Assembly (NCBI GenBank): GCA_963664115.2 | Contig: CAXWPJ010000009.1 | Coordinates: 1,024,001 to 1,088,000 of the forward strand | Origin: Terriglobia bacterium | GTDB taxonomy: Bacteria; Acidobacteriota; Terriglobia; 20CM-2-55-15 | Reading direction: 5' to 3' | DNA length: 64,000 nt | Shown here: positions 21,263 to 29,704 of the stretch, piece after piece | How the letters are laid out: every line of letters begins with the position of its first letter | How positions within the stretch are numbered: the stretch's first letter is position 1 | Notes under the pieces: model-generated | What the model was told of the DNA's origin: nothing | Database searches by the model: none | What the model saw: the letters and a program-made list of their open reading frames with translations, nothing else | Made by a program: the position numbers and the translations under genes

Positions 21263-22051
21263 ATGAAACGAATCATTGCATTGACGATTCTTTGTTACGT
21301 TTACGCCGCGTTGCCAGGCGCGGCGCAAACCGCACCGGACGGTATGGAGCTGATTCCGGACGGCGAATTCTGGATGGGCAGGAGCCATACTCTCTGGCGT
21401 GATGGACAGGATTCGGTTCCGCGGGCCAAGATGGATGACAGGCCCGCGAATCTGGTCCATCTAGACGCGTTCTACATGGATAAGACCGAGGTAACGAACT
21501 CGGACTACGCCGCATTTCTCGAAGCGACGGGCACCGAGCCACCCTGGCACTGGCATTTCGGCGAAATCCGCGAAGGCCTGGAGACGCAAGCCGTATTCAA
21601 CGTCAACTGGTATGAGGCGGACGCCTTCTGCTCCGCGGCCGGCAAGCGTCTTCCCACGGAAGCCGAGTGGGAGAAAGCCGCGCGAGGCGGGCTGGATCGG
21701 CAGCCATTTCCTTGGGGGTGGAAGGACGACTATGAAAGCGGAGCCTTTGGGGGTACGGGGGCTCACGCGGTCGGGGAACATCCTCCCAACGGCTACGGTC
21801 TCCACGACATGTCGGCAAACGTTCTGGAGTGGACCAATGACTGGTATGACCCCACGTACTATCCCTTCATGCCGAAGGTGAACCCACAGGGACCAGAGGA
21901 CGGTTTATACAAAAGCACTCGCGGCGGTGCTTGGACGGTTGGCGGTCGGGGCGGTGCTGGCGAACGGGCGTCGAATTTTTACCGCAACTTCAGTGATCCT
22001 GAACTCCGTGGCCTCACGATAGGTTTCCGTTGCGCAATGTCCGTGGATTGA
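21263..22051 (+). CDS. Formylglycine-generating enzyme (SUMF1/FGE-sulfatase domain) family protein
   Basis: FYMDKTEVTN, RLPTEAEWEKAARGG, NGYGLHDM, GFRCA. Confidence 0.9.
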   Translation: MKRIIALTILCYVYAALPGAAQTAPDGMELIPDGEFWMGRSHTLWRDGQDSVPRAKMDDRPANLVHLDAFYMDKTEVTNSDYAAFLEATGTEPPWHWHFGEIREGLETQAVFNVNWYEADAFCSAAGKRLPTEAEWEKAARGGLDRQPFPWGWKDDYESGAFGGTGAHAVGEHPPNGYGLHDMSANVLEWTNDWYDPTYYPFMPKVNPQGPEDGLYKSTRGGAWTVGGRGGAGERASNFYRNFSDPELRGLTIGFRCAMSVD

Positions 22052-22137
22052 CAATAGTCTCCCCTGCGCAACATTTTTCAGCCTCACAACAGTGTTTCGC
22101 TGCCCCAAATCAGAAATATCAATAGCTAGGAATAGCT

Positions 22138-22761
22138 ATGAATAGCAAAGGAAGTGGCCGTATGGGTCGATTGACTGTTCTGACCGTGTTTACGCTTTTG
22201 GCTGCTGTTGCCGTTCAGGCGCAGGATGCGTCCGAGGAGCCCCCGGCCGAGTCCGGGCCCGACATCCTTCAAATGGCCGTGGAATGGGTGGATCGACTGA
22301 ACGATCTCGATGAGTGGACCATATCCCTGGATGGCAGGGAAACGGGGGTGGAAGAACGTGTCGACAGCTTGATGGAACTGTTTACTCCCGATGTGCTTGC
22401 GCAAGTACCGCCACACGATGAAAAACAGATTGGCCCGGTGCTGCTTCGTGGCAGCGAGCAACTCCGGTTGTGGGTCGACAAGGTCGCGAGATCACAAGTT
22501 CAAATCGACTATAAACTCCAACTTCAGACTCAGAGTGAATTCGAAGGAGAACCGATGATCTACTCCAAGCAATTGCCTTGGGGCGGACTGGGTCTTTCGT
22601 TTCGAGTCAATGCGAACTATATTTCGCGTCAAGACCGCACAAGCTATCTGGAGTACGGAGCGGTGTTCCTGCAGTATAACGAAGAGGGGAAGATCCAGCG
22701 CTTACGTCTCCTTCTGTCTGAGAAATCCGAGGTTGTAGACTCCGCGGGCGACCAGATATAG
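22138..22761 (+). CDS. Secreted hypothetical protein
   Basis: 207-aa ORF with a signal-like segment ending AVAVQA-Q; no family recognised with confidence. Confidence 0.65.
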   Translation: MNSKGSGRMGRLTVLTVFTLLAAVAVQAQDASEEPPAESGPDILQMAVEWVDRLNDLDEWTISLDGRETGVEERVDSLMELFTPDVLAQVPPHDEKQIGPVLLRGSEQLRLWVDKVARSQVQIDYKLQLQTQSEFEGEPMIYSKQLPWGGLGLSFRVNANYISRQDRTSYLEYGAVFLQYNEEGKIQRLRLLLSEKSEVVDSAGDQI

Positions 22762-23253
22762 GGCGTACACTGCATTGCTTCACACCTGATCTGAGACGCC
22801 AGTATGCCCGCCGATATGCCCGCCGACACGCCTGTTATGCGTACGCCTGCAATACGATGATTAGTCGCAGTCCTCGTTGACCGATACGGGAAATGGACGA
22901 CGGCAACCGCTCTCAAACACAAAAATTGAGCCACGCGAAGCCTTGGCCTTCGGGACCTGGTCCAACGGTTATGCGACCTCCTGGTCTTCTGAATGAAGGC
23001 CAGAGTGTGCCGAATACGCTGGCGGGCGCGGCGGATTGTCGGAATGGACGCGAAAGCCGCGACGCGCTCACCGGAAAAATTAACTGGATCGTGACCTTGA
23101 CCGGCACCAAGAAGGACACATTCAAATACTTTTTGTGGTAATCCTTGATACAGGATTTGGTCCTCAGATTTCCGGAGAGTAGCTTGGAGCGATCTTGTCC
23201 TGGAGCCGAAAGGCATATTCAGGGCAATTTCTCCCGGCCGAAGCGAGTCCACC

Positions 23254-24207
23254 ATGCCAGAGATCAGTGAGCTTCATCGAGTTGATTTGCAAAGCGGGCG
23301 CATAACGAAACTGCGCTGGTCACACGACGGACGTTTTCTCGCCATTCCAACGCAATCCGGGTCGACCGCAATCTTCGATATCGACGCCGGCCAGGTTACA
23401 CAGACTTTGGAAGGCCGTTCGGAAGTGACTGCAGTTGGCTGGGACCCCAGGTCCAACCTGATCATGGCCTGCTCCCTTGATCGATCCATAGCCCTGTGGG
23501 AAATGGAGAGCGGAAGGAGCACACCGTTTACCATCAGCGGTCACATAAAACCAGTACACTCCGTCCAATGGACCGACGAAGGTGCGTTCGCCCTCACGTG
23601 CTCCCCTGACCGGATCCGCGCTCTGGATGGATGTTGCCTATTAGCTGGATGGACGGAAGAGATGGAAGACGGCGTCAACAAGACCACCGGCTTTACAGCG
23701 GCCGGCTGTTCGGGCCAGTCCTCGTTCCTTCTTGCGATGGCAGCCCAGAACGGAGCCGTCCTGGTTCTTGCGAACCTCATGTCGGCGGATGTGCTCGATA
23801 GCATCGAAATGGAGCAGCCGGTACGGACGCTCGCATGGTCACCGGCGGAGGAATTGCTTGCTGTAGGGTCGGGCGACGGAATTGTGACGTTTCGTGCCAC
23901 TCATGAAGGTTTCCTAGACCCTGCGCCCGAATTGACACCGCATGCTCCCGGGGTTCACGCTCTTGCATTTTCAGGTGACGGCAGAGTGTTGGCATCCCGC
24001 GACGCTCAGGGATTAAAAATCTGGGATGTCGCAGGGGCAACGTTGATTGTTGCGCTCGACGAAAAGATCGAGATGCTTAACAGTGGCCTTCCGCCTCCGG
24101 AAATCGCGTTTCATCCGGCGAGGCCCTTGCTCGCAACTGTCAACACGAATGGAACCGCATTTCGAATTGTGGACTTGAGTGAGCTGGCTCGGACTTCGGC
24201 CGGATAG
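23254..24207 (+). CDS. WD40-repeat protein
   Basis: Repeats WSHDGRFLA, SLDRSIALWE, LAWSPAEELLA, LAFSGDGRVLAS...KIWD. Confidence 0.8.
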   Translation: MPEISELHRVDLQSGRITKLRWSHDGRFLAIPTQSGSTAIFDIDAGQVTQTLEGRSEVTAVGWDPRSNLIMACSLDRSIALWEMESGRSTPFTISGHIKPVHSVQWTDEGAFALTCSPDRIRALDGCCLLAGWTEEMEDGVNKTTGFTAAGCSGQSSFLLAMAAQNGAVLVLANLMSADVLDSIEMEQPVRTLAWSPAEELLAVGSGDGIVTFRATHEGFLDPAPELTPHAPGVHALAFSGDGRVLASRDAQGLKIWDVAGATLIVALDEKIEMLNSGLPPPEIAFHPARPLLATVNTNGTAFRIVDLSELARTSAG

Positions 24208-24376
24208 AAAGCCTGGATCAAACCCCACCCTCGAGCAGTAGTGATCATCCAGGCCCCGGGTCAATGATGCCGCAAGCGAACTCGCCTGGAGCGCCATCGA
24301 TCGCCGTCCGCGTCCAGACTTGAGCCTTGACACTCGGTCGCGGTTTATATATTTATTTACTAGGAGATAGATCATC

Positions 24377-24697
24377 ATGGCATTGGACCCTAAGCGGGTT
24401 GGCTTGGTTTCCATCGTCGCGGCTCTGCTCACCCCGAGCTGATGAGTGTTGGCGCCGGTCCTGGCAGGACTGGGTTTGTTTTCGTCGTTCAGCATCATGT
24501 GTCTGGTCTGGCTCGAACGACTGCAGCCGCTGTTCTTCGTGCTGGCCGTCGCAGCGCTGGCTTACCAGATCTGGCTCGTGCGCGGCAGTCCACTATTCTT
24601 ACGCACCTGGGCAGTCAAGACGGTGCTGGGCGTCACTCTGGCAGTAAATGGATTGATGATTACGGGCTGGGTCGTGATAACGATTCGGTATTGGTAA
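24377..24697 (+). CDS. MerT/MerF-like heavy-metal transport membrane protein with two consecutive in-frame UGA codons (putative Sec-Sec)
   Basis: AGGAG RBS at 24362-24366 and ATG at 24377. Reads MALDPKRVGLVSIVAALLTPS-TGA-TGA-VLAPVLAGLG...LERLQPLFFVLAVAALAY, in frame with ORF 24446-24697. About three hydrophobic helices. Confidence 0.75.
24455..24473 (+). promoter_or_regulatory. Candidate bacterial SECIS hairpin (MerT-like gene)
   Basis: CCGGTCCT-GGC-AGGACTGG, an 8-bp stem with a GGC loop, 17 nt after the second UGA and 20 nt after the first. Confidence 0.65.
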
Positions 24698-24701
24698 ACG
24701 A

Positions 24702-25217
24702 ATGTTGTTAGACATCATGAGAAAAAACATGAAGATGTATCAACTGATCTTGCTACCGTCCGCGCTTATGATTGCGTTGGCGATGCCAGCATTGGCTCAG
24801 GTCGAAATGGTTGCGATGCGCACCATAGGTATCGAGTGCGGTGTTTGCGCCGCCGTTTCCGAGATCAATCTCCGACGCATCGAGGGTGTGGATAAGGTAA
24901 CAATCAGCAAGTCCAACGAATCGGTAATGATTGCCTATGGCCCGGGCGCTCTTTTCCAACCCGAAGAGATTCGCGAGGTACTGGCGCCGCTTTTTGTCCA
25001 GATTAAGGTGTTCCAGGTCCGGGCGCGGGGAATTGTCCAGGAGCAGGACGGAAAACGGTTTTTCGTGGCGGGCAAAGACCGGTTTGTTCTTGCCCCGGCC
25101 TCCCCAGGTACCCCTGAAGTTCCCTCTGGGACTCCCGTGGTGATCGAAGCGGTCCTCGACGACACGCCGAATCCTATGGAACTGACCGTCCTGACCTTCA
25201 AATCGGTCGCGGAGTAA
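24702..25217 (+). CDS. Secreted heavy-metal-associated (HMA/MerP-like) protein with an extra C-terminal domain
   Basis: Signal peptide ending PALA-Q, then GIECGVCA and LRRIEGVDKVTIS. Starts 4 nt after the MerT-like stop; true start may be 24729. Confidence 0.75.
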   Translation: MLLDIMRKNMKMYQLILLPSALMIALAMPALAQVEMVAMRTIGIECGVCAAVSEINLRRIEGVDKVTISKSNESVMIAYGPGALFQPEEIREVLAPLFVQIKVFQVRARGIVQEQDGKRFFVAGKDRFVLAPASPGTPEVPSGTPVVIEAVLDDTPNPMELTVLTFKSVAE

Positions 25218-25444
25218 GCAAGAAAGGGACGTACGCTTAAGAATTAGTTTGAACTCCATCAAGGCACAAACAACAGCTGAAAAAGCGACGCACACTCGGG
25301 ATTCAGAAAGCAGACGACAAAGACCAGCATTCGCCCAGATTTGCATTTCCTTTTCGATTCGGGCACGTGTTCAACGGCCTGAAAAAGATAAAGATCTACG
25401 TAGCTGACCGTACACGGCGAATCGCGAAACTTGGAGATTGGTTC

Positions 25445-26497
25445 ATGAGTACAACCCTCACGACAACGTTCAGGATCGCGCTCATATTCCTGAGTATGAC
25501 GATGGCGACGTTCCTAACCGCACAGACTCTGTTTACGACAAGCGACTATCGCCAGGATCGTGAGCAATGGACAGATCCCGCCTACTTCAACTTCAACACA
25601 TTGCGGCAGATCGTGAACTTGCACAGAAGCGAGAGCGACGCGGGCTCGGGGGCGGACACGTTCGACATAACGACTCCGTACGCTTACCAGACGTCTATGG
25701 AACAATACCAGGCGTGGCTCGAGGAGGCGAACGGAGGCACATCCCACACCCTGGAGACCCTGCCGGATTGGGACGGCAACTGGGGCGGCAATGGGAGCTG
25801 GTTTGCCGGAAACCAGGTTCAGGTCAGCACGGTCGTCGCTGCCCTCACGCCGCAGTACCAGGAATATTATGTGCAGCAGACGAAAGCCGAGGCTGAAGGT
25901 CGTGCCTGGTGGCCGTCTGCGTTCTGCCTTCCGGATGGCTTCGTCCGAGGGATTCAGACCCCCAACCAATTCATCGTCCGCCCGCAACAAGTCGTAATCA
26001 TTAACGGTGACGCGCTGCAGACCGAAAGCCAGATTCGTTGGATTCACAACGACGGCAGCGGGCATCTGCCCGAGGATCTGCATTATCCCAAGTGGCAGGG
26101 CGAATCGATCGGCTTCTGGGATGGCGATGCCCTCGTCGTACACACCAACCAGATCAAGCAGTGGAACGCCTCCCGGTCGATGTTGTTCGAGTGGAGCGAA
26201 CAAATGACGGCCGTGGAGCGCTACGAGCGCGTCGGTGATGAGATCATGGGCGAGGTCACACTCTACGATCCGGTAGCGTTCGTCGAGCCACTGCATGCAG
26301 ATTTCACGTTCGGACTCATAGACGACCCCGAGGTCAGGCCCGTGTACAACACATGTACCGACAGCGACGGACCTTCGACCAATGTGTATGTCACCGAAGA
26401 CGGCTTTATCGCGCAGCGGGTGCCCGGCGATCCTGGATACTGGGACGCCGGCGATCCCCGGCCCTGGGCGGCACATTTCGCCATTGGTGAAAATTGA
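25445..26497 (+). CDS. Secreted conserved hypothetical protein paired with DUF6152
   Basis: Signal peptide, CLPDGF, WQGESIGFWDGDALVVHT; homologous to 9214-9930. Confidence 0.75.
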   Translation: MSTTLTTTFRIALIFLSMTMATFLTAQTLFTTSDYRQDREQWTDPAYFNFNTLRQIVNLHRSESDAGSGADTFDITTPYAYQTSMEQYQAWLEEANGGTSHTLETLPDWDGNWGGNGSWFAGNQVQVSTVVAALTPQYQEYYVQQTKAEAEGRAWWPSAFCLPDGFVRGIQTPNQFIVRPQQVVIINGDALQTESQIRWIHNDGSGHLPEDLHYPKWQGESIGFWDGDALVVHTNQIKQWNASRSMLFEWSEQMTAVERYERVGDEIMGEVTLYDPVAFVEPLHADFTFGLIDDPEVRPVYNTCTDSDGPSTNVYVTEDGFIAQRVPGDPGYWDAGDPRPWAAHFAIGEN

Positions 26498-26561
26498 TGC
26501 CGGTTGCCAGGTGCTGTCTCGGTTCGAAAGAGATATAGATAATCAGGACTAGGAGAATGTA

Positions 26562-26933
26562 ATGAGGAAATTGGGAGCCATAGTTTTGCTAGCGACCGGA
26601 TTCGCATTCGGTATTGTTCCCTCGGCCGAAGCCCACCACTCACTGTCGGCGTTCGATTACACGACCGAAATCACCCTTGAGGGGACGGTCACGAAGTTCT
26701 TGTTCGGGAACCCACACACCTTTCTCCACATCGCTGTCACAGGTGAGGACGGCGAGGTTGTGGTGTGGGCCGCTGAGATGTCTTCGGTCCAGAACATGGC
26801 CCGTCGAGGCGTACGAGGGTCGACGTTCAAGGTCGGCGACGTGGTCACGCTCTCCGTGAATCCGATGAAGAGCGGCAGCCCGGGCGGCAAATACACCTCG
26901 GTCACTGCGGCCGACGGGAAGACTTACCAATAA
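26562..26933 (+). CDS. DUF6152 family secreted protein
   Basis: Signal peptide followed by AHHSLSAFD, GTVTKFLFGNPH and FKVGDVVT. Confidence 0.8.
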   Translation: MRKLGAIVLLATGFAFGIVPSAEAHHSLSAFDYTTEITLEGTVTKFLFGNPHTFLHIAVTGEDGEVVVWAAEMSSVQNMARRGVRGSTFKVGDVVTLSVNPMKSGSPGGKYTSVTAADGKTYQ

Positions 26934-27083
26934 GCCTGAACAGGGCAGTTCCCCAGTCAGCACCTGCCGGCACAGTGGAAAGAGTCAGAGAGGCGTCGCG
27001 AGGCGCTCTCTGACCCTACGTCTCCAGAATGATTCTGACACAAGCGTTGTTTTGCTGAGAGACGGTTTTCAAGTTATACCGCC

Positions 27084-27797
27084 TTAAGTTCCGAACCGGT
27101 ATCCGAGTCCGCGCACTGTAAAGATCAACCTCGGTTCGTTTGGTTCCGATTCGAGTTTCTGGCGCAGGCGCGCGACATGGACGTCGATGGTGCGCGTGCT
27201 CGTCATCGTGTCGTAATCCCACACCGCCTCGAGCAACTCGTCACGGGTCAAGGCTACGCCCTCGTTCTCGATAAAGAACCGAAGCAGTTGCATCTCCTTT
27301 GACGACAGCCGCACGAGTTCATTGTTATGGAATACCTGAGCGCTGCGAAAGTCGACTCGCAAGCTCCCGAATTCGACGACGTCAGGAAGGGCTTTCTTCT
27401 TTTGGGCCGGAGCCGCTCGACGCAACAGGGCCCGAATCCTGGCCAGCAACTCAATAAACTCGAACGGTTTCGTCAGGTAGTCGTCCGCGCCGTACTCGAG
27501 ACCGACGACCCGGTCGGTCACTTCTCCGCGCGCGGTCAGCATAAGGATCGGCGTTTCGATGCCGAGACCGCGAAGATCTCGAGCGATCTCGAACCCGTTC
27601 TTTCCGGGCAGCATGACATCCAGGATCGCCAGGTCGTGCTCGGCCGCTGCGGCCAATCTCGCGCCCTGATCTCCGTCCGTCGCCACCTGGATCTCGTAAC
27701 CTTCCCGGCGCAGCCGATCTGACAGCGCCAGCCGGAGCGACGCGTCATCTTCCACAACAAGAATCCGGCGTTTCCCGCCCCGACCACCGTCACCCAT
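27084..27797 (-). CDS. OmpR/PhoB-family response regulator
   Basis: ILVVEDD, LDVMLP, GADDYLTKPF, RTIDVHVARLRQK, TVRGLGYRF. Confidence 0.95.
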   Translation of the reverse strand: MGDGGRGGKRRILVVEDDASLRLALSDRLRREGYEIQVATDGDQGARLAAAAEHDLAILDVMLPGKNGFEIARDLRGLGIETPILMLTARGEVTDRVVGLEYGADDYLTKPFEFIELLARIRALLRRAAPAQKKKALPDVVEFGSLRVDFRSAQVFHNNELVRLSSKEMQLLRFFIENEGVALTRDELLEAVWDYDTMTSTRTIDVHVARLRQKLESEPNEPRLIFTVRGLGYRFGT

Positions 27798-29472
27798 GTC
27801 GAGTGTCGTTTCCCGGGCTGGCCACGGGCAGGTACACAGAAAACGCCGTCCCCGATCCGGACGTAGATGTCACTCCGATGCGTCCGCCATGCGCCTCAAC
27901 AATTTCCTTCACGAGACTCAAGCCGAGACCGGAGCCGCTCACTTGCGCGTCGCGAGCAAGCTGTCCGCGGTAGAACGGTTCGAAGATGTGACCCAGATCC
28001 GCTTTGTCTATACCGGGGCCTTCGTCCTCGACCCGAAATTCGATCTGTTCCCGGCCACGTCCATTGATTCGGCTGGCGGACACGCGGATTTTTCCGCCGG
28101 CACGCGTAAACTTCATCGCGTTCGCGACAAGGTTCCGTACCATGGACTTCAAGGCCTGCTCGTCACCCAGGACAGGGGGAAGATCGGCGTCGATGTTGCG
28201 TATAAGATGCGGGCCTTCGGAAGAGGATTCCCGCCATGCTTCCAGTTCATTATCGATTTCATTGTCGATGACGGCGTGAAGATCGATCGGGACGGACTGG
28301 TGCCGGAAGCGATCCGAGCGCATCGCAGAAAAACGCAACACGCTTTCGACAATGTTGCTGAGCCTGCGGCCCTCTCTGCTGATCGAGTCTCCGTAGCGTC
28401 GGGCCTGTGCGGCATCATCCACGACGCCGTCCGCCAGATTCTGGCTCAAGGAGCATATGCCGGCAATGGGCGTTCGCAGTTCGTGGGACACACCCGCAAC
28501 CAGCTCCATCTGCCGCTCCGCCATCGAGTGTGCCCGTTTAGTGGCGATGAGCAAGGGCACAACACTGGCGCCCAAAACGATCAAGGCTCCCAGGCTCAGC
28601 GCCAGATTGCGACGTCGGTACTGATCGACGAAAGCCTCCAGAGATCCCGCACGATGTTTGGCGGCGACGGCCCAGTTCGGACTGTCGCCATCGTCGAGCT
28701 CTCGCAAAATATCAGGTGCAGTCCTCTCGGTGGGCGAGGCGTCGGGTTTCGAGGTGTAGATGAGACTTCCATCCGCCGTATCGCCGACGTTCATGACCCA
28801 GACGTCGTAGTCGCGTTGGTCCTCGGGGCCGAAATGCTCCTGAACGACAAGCGGAATGAACCGTTCGACGAGGACCTTGCGATTCAGGAGAACGACGACC
28901 CACCCGTCGAACCGGCGATCGTTCTGGGCCTCGACGAGGACAACGGGCCCGTCAATCAACGACTGTCCTGTCAGTCTCCGCGCGGCACGGTTCTGGCTGC
29001 GCCCAGACCCATCCGACAGGCCCGCGAGCTGATCTCCCAGGGCCGTCAAACTGGAATCCCAGTCCGCAGCTTCCAGCCTTTCCCGCTCGAGGTTGAGGCG
29101 CCTCAGGCGAAATCGATCGCGTGTCTGGCCTGCCGCGTTTAGTTCCTCAACCCAGAAAACGTCCGTAATCAGCTCCGGGAAGGCGAACGACGCTGCCCAA
29201 TCACGGTACCCTTCGAGGATGTCCTCTTGTCCTTGGCGAAACGCACGCGGAACGCGAAACGCGGATTGGATACTGTCGAATTCCCGATCAAGATCGCGCA
29301 CGAACCCTTCGGCCGACGCTTCCAGGGTTCGTTCCCTCCCTTCACGTTCGAAGGCGCTGAGCTCATCAACCCACCGGTACTGCAAGACCGCCAGTACGAG
29401 AAGTACCAAGGCCGTAAGCCCGACGAGGAACGTCGTTCGTTGTGTGTTGCCAATGATTACGGATGGCTTCAT
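27790..29472 (-). CDS. Sensor histidine kinase
   Basis: Two TM segments, H-box VSHELRTP, NLVANAMKF, DEGPGI, GSGLGL. Overlaps the response regulator start. Confidence 0.95.
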   Translation of the reverse strand: MKPSVIIGNTQRTTFLVGLTALVLLVLAVLQYRWVDELSAFEREGRERTLEASAEGFVRDLDREFDSIQSAFRVPRAFRQGQEDILEGYRDWAASFAFPELITDVFWVEELNAAGQTRDRFRLRRLNLERERLEAADWDSSLTALGDQLAGLSDGSGRSQNRAARRLTGQSLIDGPVVLVEAQNDRRFDGWVVVLLNRKVLVERFIPLVVQEHFGPEDQRDYDVWVMNVGDTADGSLIYTSKPDASPTERTAPDILRELDDGDSPNWAVAAKHRAGSLEAFVDQYRRRNLALSLGALIVLGASVVPLLIATKRAHSMAERQMELVAGVSHELRTPIAGICSLSQNLADGVVDDAAQARRYGDSISREGRRLSNIVESVLRFSAMRSDRFRHQSVPIDLHAVIDNEIDNELEAWRESSSEGPHLIRNIDADLPPVLGDEQALKSMVRNLVANAMKFTRAGGKIRVSASRINGRGREQIEFRVEDEGPGIDKADLGHIFEPFYRGQLARDAQVSGSGLGLSLVKEIVEAHGGRIGVTSTSGSGTAFSVYLPVASPGNDTRHG

Positions 29473-29704
29473 CCCAAAAAGGCTCCAGAGACAGCTTAAC
29501 AGTTACGTGATCTGGAAATGTAACAGGAAGATCACAAGAGGGTAAAAGCTCGTAAATCCTTCGCTTTACAGTGCACTAAGTCTCATCCCTCGTGTAATCT
29601 CGTGGTATATAAATATGAAGCTCCCGAACTCGACCATTGCTGCCCGGAAGTCCGGCACCAGCCGTGGTAATCGCGAGGGAGTTGCCGGTGATTCCGGAGG
29701 ACAC

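Noticed and set aside
22803-22826. TATGCCCGCCGA present twice in tandem
   Set aside because: Only two copies in an intergenic region; most likely simple slippage.
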